64,000 bases of DNA. Source: Naegleria gruberi. Taxonomy: Eukaryota. The translations under genes and the position numbers were made by a program. Positions 40,949-50,477 of this stretch are shown in pieces. The DNA lies in the NCBI GenBank assembly GCA_000004985.1, contig GG738855.1; one strand, 5' to 3'. The notes below the pieces were generated by a model. That model saw nothing but the letters and a program-made list of their open reading frames with translations, did not search any database and was not told the origin of the DNA. How positions within the stretch are numbered: the first letter of the stretch is position 1; the number at the start of each line of letters is the position of its first letter.

Positions 40949-41911
40949 CTAATTGAAAATCTTCCAAATGCCTCTGATTGACTTTTGGTGAACAGCATAT
41001 GGAACCTCAAGAAGACCTCTCAACATTTTCATAATATCTAACCCCATTGTTAAACCGATAATACCAGCAATAGAACCCAATAAACCTGGAATATCTGTCG
41101 ATAGGACTTCATCAATAACTTGAACATCAAGCGTTCCATAAGAGACAGAGATAATAATATCTGCAGAACTGGCATTCGATATTTTGATTTGTGACAAGGT
41201 TGGCTCCCACAGTGTAGTTGAATTCCCATCAAGAAAGTTCTTTGTCACCTTATTCAGAGTATACATATTATCCTTGTATGGAGAAGCAAATTGTGTCTCT
41301 GCAAAAATGTCAGCTTCAGCAGCTATTTCATGGAATGAAATCTGAGCACCATATTTCCCTGCAGTAGGAGCTTTCATTTTAAAGTTCAATGATATTGATC
41401 CTCCAAATCCTGCAGTTGATGTTGTCTTAATACTCTTAATTTCATTATTAAGAAAATAACAATTAAATTTCAGTCCAGAAGTTACAATCTCCTTCTTTTG
41501 ATTTGTAATGGTTGTTGAAGACTTTACTCCAGAGCTGGAGTAAGAATAAGCTCCAGTAAAAGTAATATCACAATAATCACAAGCTTCGGAAGGAGGCTTG
41601 GCATTATAATTACAAATGGTCATCCCAGGAAATTCCATCTTATCCTGAGTGACATACGAGATTGTTGTTGTAGGCTGGTTTTTACTCTTCTCATAGGTAT
41701 CCGATACGTCATAAATATACCAGCCACTAAATCCTAGAAAAATCAACCAACCAATAATTGCGAAAATATCCCTTACTGCAAATTTCCATTTCTTTTTAGG
41801 AGCAGCTGGAGCAGAAATTTGTATACCTATTTTCTCTCCAACCTTTTCAACTCCTTCTACAAGAGTATGCACGGGAACAGTTGAATTCATTTTTTTAAGC
41901 ATGTAGTTCAT
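40949..41911 (-). CDS. Miniature ENaC/DEG/ASIC-family-like two-TM channel subunit (about 313-320 aa)
   Basis: A single ORF, with an alternative ATG at 41890 in an A-run context. TM1 is IFAIIGWLIFLGFSGWYIY, followed by EFPGMTICNYN (compare the family post-TM1 motif FPAVT.CN). A roughly 210-aa ectodomain follows, then IPGLLGSIAGIIGLTMGLDIMKMLRGL (compare LLGDIGGQMGLFIGASILT..E preceding and within TM2). Confidence 0.62.
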   Translation of the reverse strand: MNYMLKKMNSTVPVHTLVEGVEKVGEKIGIQISAPAAPKKKWKFAVRDIFAIIGWLIFLGFSGWYIYDVSDTYEKSKNQPTTTISYVTQDKMEFPGMTICNYNAKPPSEACDYCDITFTGAYSYSSSGVKSSTTITNQKKEIVTSGLKFNCYFLNNEIKSIKTTSTAGFGGSISLNFKMKAPTAGKYGAQISFHEIAAEADIFAETQFASPYKDNMYTLNKVTKNFLDGNSTTLWEPTLSQIKISNASSADIIISVSYGTLDVQVIDEVLSTDIPGLLGSIAGIIGLTMGLDIMKMLRGLLEVPYAVHQKSIRGIWKIFN

Positions 41912-42035
41912 ATTGTATTTGGGGTGTTTCTACAGAGAGTGTATGAACTTGAACATAAAAGCGGGAGATGAATGGCTTCTCGATTATGTTTATTAAATTC
42001 ATAATGTATTATATTACATTGTTGGTTATTAAACC

Positions 42036-42977
42036 TTAATTCAAAGCTTCATAGACCAGTCTGTGTTGTTTAGTTTTGACTGCTTCGAATATAATAAACC
42101 CAACTCTTATCATTTTTAGGAGATCCAGGCCGAACAATACACCCAACATACCAGCAATTTCTCCCATCAATTCAGTCCAAGTTTTAGACTCGAATTCATT
42201 TCTAGTTGTAATGTCCAATTTACCATAACCAACAGAAACCACAACTGTTCCATCAGAATAGTTAATTAATTTTACAGAAGACTTCACTGCCTTATAGAGT
42301 GTGTTATCAGTTCTATACTCGACTGATGTCTTTAATCTCTTAATGTTCTCTAAAGAGAGAGTGAAAAAGTTATCATCTCCAACTGATGCAAAATTGAACT
42401 TGGCATGGTCATTATCGACAGAAACACCTTCATCATAAGTATTGAAAAATACATAAAGACCAGCTCTTTTAAGACTATTAATCTTTGAGAAATCATCAAG
42501 TGTAAACTCAAAAGCAATTGATCCACCATATCCACTTTGATTTGATTTGTATTTTGATTTTCCATCTCCATTAAATGTAAAACACTGATACGTGTAGACA
42601 GTACCTGCCTGTGTTACTGTAATTTTTGATGATGAAAGAGTTTCAGTGCAACTCCCTCCAGGAATTGTGCATCCAGTAAAACTTAGTGCTGTATCTGGTA
42701 TTGATGAACAAAATGTTGTCTTGGGAAAGTTCAATGATGAATAAGAAGTGACATCCACTGATACTGGAGGATGGGTCTGAAGATAAGAGTAGCCAGATAT
42801 AACACTCCACATATAAACTCCCAACATTGCAATACTTCCTAGCCATCCGAAAATTACAAGAAATTCTCCATAAGTGTATCCATATTTCTTCTCAAGCTCA
42901 TCTCTTGCTCCTTCTCCACTTCCATCATCGGAATCTTCTTCTGCTCCTAAAACATCAACAGGTTGATCGGTGGTCAT
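42036..42977 (-). CDS. Miniature ENaC/DEG/ASIC-family-like two-TM channel subunit, tandem paralogue
   Basis: A single 313-aa ORF. TM1 is FLVIFGWLGSIAMLGVYMWSVI, followed by NFPKTTFCSS. It shares GYGGSIAFEF (GFGGSISLNF in the neighbour) and ELMGEIAGMLGVLFGLDLLKMIRV. Confidence 0.58.
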   Translation of the reverse strand: MTTDQPVDVLGAEEDSDDGSGEGARDELEKKYGYTYGEFLVIFGWLGSIAMLGVYMWSVISGYSYLQTHPPVSVDVTSYSSLNFPKTTFCSSIPDTALSFTGCTIPGGSCTETLSSSKITVTQAGTVYTYQCFTFNGDGKSKYKSNQSGYGGSIAFEFTLDDFSKINSLKRAGLYVFFNTYDEGVSVDNDHAKFNFASVGDDNFFTLSLENIKRLKTSVEYRTDNTLYKAVKSSVKLINYSDGTVVVSVGYGKLDITTRNEFESKTWTELMGEIAGMLGVLFGLDLLKMIRVGFIIFEAVKTKQHRLVYEALN

Positions 42978-43046
42978 TCTCTATTTCTTCTCTATGTATC
43001 CCTTAATGATGAAAATTTATTAATTTTTTTGAATATGAACTTGTTA

Positions 43047-43055
43047 TTCCCGCGC
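43047..43055. promoter_or_regulatory. TTCCCGCGC (near-consensus E2F-type site) in the divergent spacer, 70 nt from the ATG at 42977
   Basis: Read directly as gttaTTCCCGCGCattg. It is one position short of TTTSSCGC. Confidence 0.3.
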
Positions 43056-43282
43056 ATTGTACTCTGGAGACATTATTGTAGTGCGATTGATCAGAATGGC
43101 TTGAGGGTTTTGAGGTGAAAGAATGGAAATTGAGCTCCAACTAAGAATAAGTTCCCATTTCAAATAATTGTCAATGGCTCAATGGATTGTTGAGCTTGTA
43201 TGTCAAATTATCACTGTGGCAAAGATTAGACCAAAGAATTCAAGTTTGGTTGCTATGTTTGTCTAAACTTATTGTACTCTAA

Positions 43283-43972
43283 ATGTTTGGTGAAGGAAGA
43301 AAAGAAAAAATGTCATCAAGCAACAACACTCATTCATCATCATCTTCCCTTCTCTTGGATATTGAAGACAATTTGAACAAAAAGAAAGAAAATTCAAATC
43401 CTATTAGTAAACCATCCTTTCTCAAATTATCACAGCAACAAGATGGCACAAATGAAGGAATGCCTAGATTTGCTCCTTCCGAGCTCTTGTCCAGACTACA
43501 AAGCTTTTTACCACAAATTAAAGAAGCAAACGAAAAGCTAGAAAGTGGTGAAGTTGAAGGCTTTTCGGATTGTGTTGAAATTATTGAGAATGATGATGAG
43601 GAGGAACAAGATGGTGCTCAACTTCAAGAGGAAAATTATAATGATGAAGAAGAATCCGAACATAAACCCTATGTGGAGATGAATGTAGTATTGGGAGTAT
43701 TAGAACAAAAACAAAAAACAAGCCTAATTACAGATATAGATGGACCAACAGAGGATGAACAAAAATTGGAAGAAAAAGATGAAGTTGTAAATTTGAGAAT
43801 TGGAAAGGATTTTACTCCACAAGAAAGCAAAAATATTGAACAGGATATGGTGGCATATATGAATATTATGAATTCTCTTCTCGGTTCTTCATCAGCATTG
43901 AAAAGAAAACGAGTAGAGGACAACAGTGATAGTGGCAGTAGTGGTGATAGTAGTGACAGTGATCAAGATTAG
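43283..43972 (+). CDS. NOPCHAP1 (C12orf45/DUF4598)-like acidic protein
   Basis: A single ORF, with an in-frame second ATG at 43310 in an A-run context. ELLSRLQSFLPQIKEANEKLE and YVEMNVVLGVLEQK parallel LLERVKQFLPQMAQANEKLQ and VIQMDVALFEMNQ of human C12orf45, as I recall it. Confidence 0.55.
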   Translation: MFGEGRKEKMSSSNNTHSSSSSLLLDIEDNLNKKKENSNPISKPSFLKLSQQQDGTNEGMPRFAPSELLSRLQSFLPQIKEANEKLESGEVEGFSDCVEIIENDDEEEQDGAQLQEENYNDEEESEHKPYVEMNVVLGVLEQKQKTSLITDIDGPTEDEQKLEEKDEVVNLRIGKDFTPQESKNIEQDMVAYMNIMNSLLGSSSALKRKRVEDNSDSGSSGDSSDSDQD

Positions 43973-45408
43973 AACATTACATTTGCTACATATTTACGTT
44001 TCAAGTATTCAGCCATGGTTCTATCCTCTTTTGCTAATTCTGTTTGACCCAATGCCTCATAGGCTTCGCATCTATCTCTGAAAGCAGGGAAGAAGGTATT
44101 ATCAATATTAATTGCTTCAGTATTGTCATTTACACATTTCCAATACTCCTTCTTTCTGAAATATGACAGACCTCTCTTATTAAGTGCATTGACCTTGTAT
44201 TGTTTCAATATTTGTGCATTTGCTGGATTCTTCTTTAAACAAGTGTCAATATATTCCATACAGTATGCGAAATGAGAACGTGCCATTTCATGATCCTCAT
44301 ACTTTGTGTAAGCAATACCTAATTTCACCAAAATATCCACATAAACTGCATTAAAATCAATATTATTTCCTTTGGCAACACAATCCTTCACAAATAAATT
44401 AAAGTGATCAATAAATCTATTGTAGAATGAAAGAGCAACTTGATCATTACCCAATTTTGAGTGACAATCACCAGCATTCATCTCTGCATGGTATTCAGTT
44501 GGATCTATCTTTAAGATCTTATCATAACAACTGACTGCCTCTTTCAGATAATTTTCTCTTTCTTCAACTCGTGTGATTGGCAAAATTTTGGATAATTCTT
44601 CCAAAAAGATACCCTTAGCATAGAGTAGTCCACAATGTGTGTCGTCCTTTTCAATTGCTCCAGAAACGAGCTTGATTCCCTCCTTCAACATGTCAGTTTT
44701 TTGACTGAGGTCATACCTCTTATCTTGTGAAATTGATAACAAGTTGTAAGATAATTTTTCAATAATAGTTGAGGCCAAAACCGATCTATTTTCACACAAT
44801 TCCAAAGATTTTTCGAGAATTTGATTGGCTTCATTAATATTTCCAGTAGCTACATAACAATCATGTAAATTTACACAAATGTCAGAAATTTCATATTTTG
44901 TCAAAGATTCAGTTGGGATCTTTTCACATTGTTCCAGGTAGAATGATCTTAATTCCTCAAATAATGGCTTTGATTTTTCATATTCTCCCAAAGAAAAGAA
45001 CATTGTGCCAAGAAGTTCTTTCAGCTTGTAAATACTGACTTGGTAATGTTCATCACTTTCATCAATTTCTTCCGAAAAAGTAACAATTTTCTTTTCCAAA
45101 TACTTGATGGCATCCTTGTTATCTAAAACCCAAAATTCCTCTGCATTCTTAGCAGCATCACTAATCTTTTTCGAAAGTATTGATTCGTGAAATGGTGCCT
45201 GTATGAGGTGTGATGGTTTTTCTGGTTTTAAATTTGGATTTGTATCGATGGCCTTGTTGGACAAACCTGGCTTTTGATTTAATACCACACCACCATGATG
45301 AAGTGAGAAAGTTTTCAATTGTACTCTAGTATTTCCGAAAAATGTCAATGATGAAGAAGTTTTATAAAGACGATTGAGTCTGAGAATGCTTTGTCCAATC
45401 TTTTTCAT
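43969..45408 (-). CDS. TPR-repeat protein with a basic N-terminal presequence-like region (about 479 aa)
   Basis: ORF 43969..45420, with the first ATG at 45408. It has multiple 34-aa TPR-like units (e.g. AEMNAGDCHSKLGNDQVALSFYNRFIDH, ALNKRGLSYFRKKEYWKCVNDNTEAINID, AFRDRCEAYEALGQTELAKEDRTMA). The N-terminus is MKKIGQSILRLNRLYKTSSSL. Confidence 0.72.
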   Translation of the reverse strand: MKKIGQSILRLNRLYKTSSSLTFFGNTRVQLKTFSLHHGGVVLNQKPGLSNKAIDTNPNLKPEKPSHLIQAPFHESILSKKISDAAKNAEEFWVLDNKDAIKYLEKKIVTFSEEIDESDEHYQVSIYKLKELLGTMFFSLGEYEKSKPLFEELRSFYLEQCEKIPTESLTKYEISDICVNLHDCYVATGNINEANQILEKSLELCENRSVLASTIIEKLSYNLLSISQDKRYDLSQKTDMLKEGIKLVSGAIEKDDTHCGLLYAKGIFLEELSKILPITRVEERENYLKEAVSCYDKILKIDPTEYHAEMNAGDCHSKLGNDQVALSFYNRFIDHFNLFVKDCVAKGNNIDFNAVYVDILVKLGIAYTKYEDHEMARSHFAYCMEYIDTCLKKNPANAQILKQYKVNALNKRGLSYFRKKEYWKCVNDNTEAINIDNTFFPAFRDRCEAYEALGQTELAKEDRTMAEYLKRKYVANVMF

Positions 45409-45465
45409 TTTTTCTTTCAATTTTAATATTAAATAATTTATGATGAATACGAAATTATTAAAAAA

Positions 45466-46650
45466 ATGTCCTTTCTCTCATCACAATATCAACCAACATC
45501 TGATAATAATTCATCGGCATCAAGCCGATCATCAATTTCCATGTTTCAGCCAACATTCTTTGAAATAATGACACAGGAAAGAATGATTTCTGGATTAAAA
45601 TCAGCGCTCCGATACATCTTGTCAATGGCTGCACAACGCAATTTTAGATATTTGAACATTTTGAAATATTATGATGAATTATTTGGAATACTTCAACTTG
45701 TGATCGAGAGACATTTTCTCTCAAATTTTGACTCTTCTTTTGCCGAGCATTTATTTGGATTGAAACGAGTGGATGCAAATCAATTTACACCTGATAATCA
45801 ATCAAAACCTTCATTTCTTACCAGCAAACAGAGAGCACAAAGTCTTGCATATCTTGTCTTTGTTCCTTATATAAAGGATAAATTGGAAAATTTATATGTT
45901 GATTTGAGAAGAGAGCATGCCTTGTCAGATATTAGAAATTCTACAGAATTGGATAATTCAATTATTCCTTCGGAAATGCTGCAAGAGGAGTCAAGTAATA
46001 TGGGATATCATAGATTTTCAAAAATTGTTAGGACATACTTTATGAAATTATGGCCATATATTAGTACTGCCTATGAGGGCTCTCATTTCTTTTTCATGTT
46101 CCTCTATCTGTTAAAGAGAGATTTCAAATATCATAATCCTTTCATGTATTTGATTGGACTATGTCTTAAGAGATTATCACCATCAGAACATGTACAACAT
46201 TTGAGTGCTATGAATATCAAGAGAAATAATCTCATTGAATCTTTCAAAAAATTGGGGGGAAATTTATTTGGATCTCTTTTTGGTTACATTATCAAATTTT
46301 TATACTCAATTTCTGATTACTCAACTCATTTACTCTTAGCAATAGCCTTCCTTTTCAAATTCTTTGAATGGTATTTCAATAATGAATCATCACTTCTCAC
46401 AAAGGGAAATATCATCATTCCACCTCCACCTTCACAACCAGAGAGAACTCCAGGAGGTCTAGAAATACCAACAAACCCAAGATTATGTCCATTGTGTAAG
46501 AAGGAAAGAAGAAATGCCACTTTATTGACAGTTTCTGGCTTTGTATTCTGTTACAAGTGTATTCAAAATCATTTGATAAGTCATTCAACCTGTCCAATCA
46601 CACTCTCTCCCTGTAACAAATCACATCTTGTAAAGATATTTGAAAATTAG
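45466..46650 (+). CDS. PEX12: Peroxin-12 (peroxisome assembly protein 12, RING peroxin)
   Basis: A single 394-aa ORF. The N-terminal Pex2/Pex12 domain is PTFFEIMTQERMISGLKSALRYILSMAAQRNFRYL.. and the C-terminal degenerate RING is CPLCKKERRNATLLTVSGFVFCYKCIQNHLISHSTCPITLSPC. Confidence 0.85.
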   Translation: MSFLSSQYQPTSDNNSSASSRSSISMFQPTFFEIMTQERMISGLKSALRYILSMAAQRNFRYLNILKYYDELFGILQLVIERHFLSNFDSSFAEHLFGLKRVDANQFTPDNQSKPSFLTSKQRAQSLAYLVFVPYIKDKLENLYVDLRREHALSDIRNSTELDNSIIPSEMLQEESSNMGYHRFSKIVRTYFMKLWPYISTAYEGSHFFFMFLYLLKRDFKYHNPFMYLIGLCLKRLSPSEHVQHLSAMNIKRNNLIESFKKLGGNLFGSLFGYIIKFLYSISDYSTHLLLAIAFLFKFFEWYFNNESSLLTKGNIIIPPPPSQPERTPGGLEIPTNPRLCPLCKKERRNATLLTVSGFVFCYKCIQNHLISHSTCPITLSPCNKSHLVKIFEN

Positions 46651-46703
46651 TACTAACTGAAATAACAGTCTAGGAGCTATCTGTTACTACTCAACAAAAA
46701 TAG

Positions 46704-46714
46704 TTTCCCGCCAA
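46704..46714. promoter_or_regulatory. TTTCCCGCCAA (canonical E2F-type site), 76-86 nt upstream of the CEP41 ATG
   Basis: Read directly as aatagTTTCCCGCCAAtcag in the 139-nt spacer. Confidence 0.5.
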
Positions 46715-46789
46715 TCAGAGTACAAATTTCAAATCAAAAAAAAATTCAACTTTGGATTTTTAATCTCCATTATACTGCACTGTTGTATT

Positions 46790-47787
46790 ATGAGCTGCTA
46801 TTTTAAACCTATTGGTGATGCTAAGGTAGGTTGGGAATATATTGTATGATGATGATGGTCTAATTATTCTTTTGTTTTAATTTAAATCAAAATAACAACA
46901 ATAGATTTTGGAGAAGAAGGCACCATCAAGTGTTTGTTTTAAAGATGTAAGATCATCACTGGATACAGGAAAAGTAAAAAAGAAGGATGATTCAGGTAAG
47001 TTCAAAGATCTTGAATGTTTCCGAACATTACTTTCCTAACAACAGGCGATTCTAAATTATTTAAAAAAGTTGAAAACTTTAAGAGAATGAAAGGAACTGA
47101 ATTAATGAAACTCATTCTTCTCAAATTAAATTCGCAAAATAACACCTCACAAACAGAGCCTCTAGAACATGCTCCACCATCACCAAGTGGATCAAAAAGC
47201 TTGTATTCATCTATGGCTTCTTGCACATTCTCTGAAGCCAAATTAGCAGTGCATCAATCTGATCCAATCCTTGTAAAAACCAGATTGAAGGAAGATGTTC
47301 ATGATGTGGATAATATGGTACTCTTATTGGATGTTAGAGATACAGATGAATATTCAGTATGTCACATCCAGACAGCTTATAGATATCCAGCTGCTACAGT
47401 GAATAGAACTGTTAATCCATTTACACCTGAAATGCTTTCTTTTGTAAGTGTTTAAATCTTTAAAATTGGAACCTTATTGGAATTATTAAGAAAAATCATC
47501 CTCTCAAAAAAATTGTAATATATGACAGGGACGAAAAGATTGCTTGTCCTGCTGCCAACCTTCTCTTTGAAAAGGGTTTTGATAATATTGTAGTTCTTAG
47601 TGGAGGCTTACAAGAATTCTTCCAAAAACACCCAGAGCTCATTGTTGGAGAAGTGCCAAAGGAATGGTATCCTCCTGTTCTAAAGAAGAAAACAAGACCT
47701 CCTTCTGTCGCTAGCTTGAACTCAACAAAGAAGGCTTCGATTACAAAAGAGAAGACGAAATCAACAGGACCAAAACCATTCAAGTAA
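46790..47787 (+). CDS. CEP41: Centrosomal protein CEP41 (rhodanese-domain ciliary/basal-body protein)
   Basis: Model: join(46790..46825,46905..46995,47046..47443,47491..47787). The introns are 79, 50 and 47 nt (GTAGGT, GTAAGT, GTAAGT donors; AG acceptors). The joined protein has [66 protein letters not shown] and [33 protein letters not shown]. These parallel human CEP41 [60 protein letters not shown] and [34 protein letters not shown]. Confidence 0.85.
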
Positions 47788-48006
47788 TTTAGAGGCAGTT
47801 TTTGTCAAGCAAAGACTTCAATTTGTGCATTAAATTCGCAGCGATGTTAACTCGTGTAACATCATTGATAAATACCAACAACAAGAACACGAATAAATTT
47901 TAAATTATGTTTTATTGTTTGATGATGATTAGGAAAAGGTGTTGGGTGGTAGAGAGGGAAAATTGAGAGTGAGTAAATAATCTGAGATTATTAAACATTG
48001 AAATGT

Positions 48007-48351
48007 TTAGAAACCGTGGACTTTAAGAGATTCCTTGGTGACAATACCTTCTTCGAGCAAAAATTCAGAAATATTGCCTCGTTGATCTCCAGAAACTTGG
48101 ATAACTTTACCTGCCTTTTCATCTTCTACTATTGTTCCGTTGCAACAGAATTTATGCTTGACACCACTGATGAATTTCTTAAACTTGAAATTACGAGGCA
48201 ATCCTTCAACAATAGTAACACATTTTCTACCGTTACGCTTTTGGACTCTGATGTGAACGAAGTTTTGTTCAGTAACAGTGGTTGAAAGTTGGTTGTTGTC
48301 TGCGGAATCTCTGAAAGGATCGAATGTTTGGAAGTTTTGAATTTCAGACAT
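48007..48351 (-). CDS. EIF1: Translation initiation factor eIF1 (SUI1)
   Basis: ATG at 48351. The 114-aa product contains FDPF.D......VHIRVQKRNGRKCVTIVEGLP..F.FKKF....KHKFCCNGTIVEDEKAGKVIQVSGDQR..I.EFL, the SUI1 domain pattern. Confidence 0.92.
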   Translation of the reverse strand: MSEIQNFQTFDPFRDSADNNQLSTTVTEQNFVHIRVQKRNGRKCVTIVEGLPRNFKFKKFISGVKHKFCCNGTIVEDEKAGKVIQVSGDQRGNISEFLLEEGIVTKESLKVHGF

Positions 48352-48513
48352 GATGATGCGATGCAATATTTTTTTGTGTTTTTTATTTAAAAAAATAATA
48401 TTACTTGTTTTTTATTGATGATTATTTTTAGTTTGACAAAGTCCATTTGAAATTTGTTATGCTCTGTTTACAATTCAAATTAAAGATGTAAGCCGATTCT
48501 AAAATATTAGCAT

Positions 48514-49152
48514 CTATTGACTGGTTGAAGTACCATTCTTATTTTCAATATCTTTTTTAATGTAAGAGAAATTAGCTTCGAGCTCTCTTTCCAATTCTTG
48601 TTCCTTCTCTTCACTCTTTTTAATCTTGTCATTGAACTTTTTAACCTTGGCTTCCAAATTCTTCCTCTTTACAGCCCAAATCAATAAACAAACAGAAATA
48701 AACAGAACACCAAATGCACGAATACCTCTATAAATAACCTTCTTTAACATGACTTCTGCATCCTTACGGGATTCCAATTCTTTTTGTAACATTTCTCTCT
48801 TTTGTTTCAGACTTTCGGCAGAGTCCATGATGAGAGAAGCTGTCGATTGCAAATTAAAAACATTTTCTGATGTTGTTGATTGTTCTGATGAGGTATTGGT
48901 TTGTTGTTCGTTGGTTGTTGTGGTAGGTTCTTGGGCTGGTGAATTTTCTACCACTGGTTCCGATAATGTTGAGGTTTTTTCTTCTTTACTTTCTGATTGT
49001 TCTGATGAGGTATTTGTTGTTGTTGTATTATTGGATAATAATCTATTAGAAAATTGAGTGGAAAAACATCTTGATGAGAAGGTAGTGGCCAATCTTTGGT
49101 TATATCCTGTTGGCAATCGGAGTAATTGTTTGGTAAATTGTCGTGATAACAT
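48514..49152 (-). CDS. Hypothetical protein (212 aa) with a presequence-like N-terminus, T/S/E/Q-rich repeats, one TM helix and a C-terminal coiled coil
   Basis: A single ORF with ATG after an A-run. The N-terminus is MLSRQFTKQLLRLPTGYNQRLATTFSSRCF. There is an internal duplication (NTSSEQSESKEE / NTSSEQSTTSEN), and the TM helix is AFGVLFISVCLLIWAV. Confidence 0.6.
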   Translation of the reverse strand: MLSRQFTKQLLRLPTGYNQRLATTFSSRCFSTQFSNRLLSNNTTTTNTSSEQSESKEEKTSTLSEPVVENSPAQEPTTTTNEQQTNTSSEQSTTSENVFNLQSTASLIMDSAESLKQKREMLQKELESRKDAEVMLKKVIYRGIRAFGVLFISVCLLIWAVKRKNLEAKVKKFNDKIKKSEEKEQELERELEANFSYIKKDIENKNGTSTSQ

Positions 49153-49248
49153 TTTTTTGTTGTGAATTTAAAAATTGAAAATTATTACACAAGTACCTGC
49201 AAGGTAAATTGAAAATCTAAATCATTTCTTTAGGGTTTTATGGTACAA

Positions 49249-50123
49249 TTAATGAGAGAGTAAATTCAAACGATCTTTCCATGCTGTATCTGCCGAGTGG
49301 AAGGTAATAATTCTCTTTTCGTCTTGCTCATCTGCCACTTCAGAGTTCATGTCTGTATCGACTGGTTCGAAAATAATACAGAGAATGTGACATTTGGTTG
49401 TGTCTGACATGGCATCTTTGATGATAGTGTGATGTGGTTGCTTCATCACATCTTCTTCCAATAATCTATTTCCCCATTCAATGAGCGAAATTCCACTTGA
49501 AAAAACAGATGGTAAATCCAATCTATCAAATCGTTCCAATCTATAGAGGTCAATATGATGAATAGGACTATTAAATTATTATATTTGTTAAATTAAAATT
49601 CATTGTAATAATACGAAACTTACACTTTCTTGCTCGTCATTTTGGATTCGTAAATATTATCTAGCAAAAATGTTGGTGATGGAACATTGAGATTCATATC
49701 CTTTTCCAATACTCTGATAACGTGTCTTGCAAAAACAGATTTTCCACTTCCCATATCACCAATTAATAAGACAACATCTGTAGATTCCAACATGGATGAA
49801 AATCTTTCGGCCAAATTTCTAGTTTCTTCAACTGAATTGACAACAAAAGTTGCTTCAAAATAGGTGGGAGTGACCTGGGATGGTATTTCTCTAGCCGAAT
49901 ATTTATAATCATCCATTTTCTGTTGCTTTTTCAACTCTGGCCCATTTAAACAAGAGTGAGTACTGAATGTTCTTTCTCCGATGAATTTTGTAGATTGATT
50001 CCAATTAGTGGTAGTCCAGTTGGCCGCACTTCCAAGTATAAACTTTCCATTGTTTTTGGTGATGGATTGAATTTGATGGATGAGATTGATACTTCTTCTT
50101 CTGCTGCTGTTGCTCGATAACAT
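49249..50123 (-). CDS. tsaE: TsaE (YjeE)-family P-loop ATPase of the bacterial t6A tRNA-modification system, with a roughly 90-aa N-terminal extension
   Basis: Model: complement(join(49249..49567,49624..50123)) with a 56-nt intron (GTAAGT..AATAG). All TsaE signatures are in order: Walker A LLIGDMGSGKSVFARHVI, SPTFLLDNIY, (intron) PIHHIDLYRLER, and ISLIEWGNRL. Confidence 0.8.
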
Positions 50124-50477
50124 ATTGATTAATGGACAATAGAAGTCTACTACTGTGTGTGTTAATCAAAAATGAAGCTTTGAGGCAAGTTAAAGTTGTG
50201 TGATGATATTTTTTTTTTGTATGAAAGAAGGGTTTGATTCTGATCTTGTTTGTGTGGCTTAGAGTCTATTTATACAATGAAGCCGAAAATAGGAAGTATT
50301 ATTCAAGAATGTACTTGATAAATGACTACTTTAAATAATTTGATTTTACAATGCAAAGTATCATCTACAGAGAGTTTCTATTAAAAGTCAACTCTTGTCG
50401 AACTAAAGTATTTATCCTGTAGAACACAATGATGGAAATTAGTCATCTCCTTGTTCAGGAATAAGTATTTATTAAGC

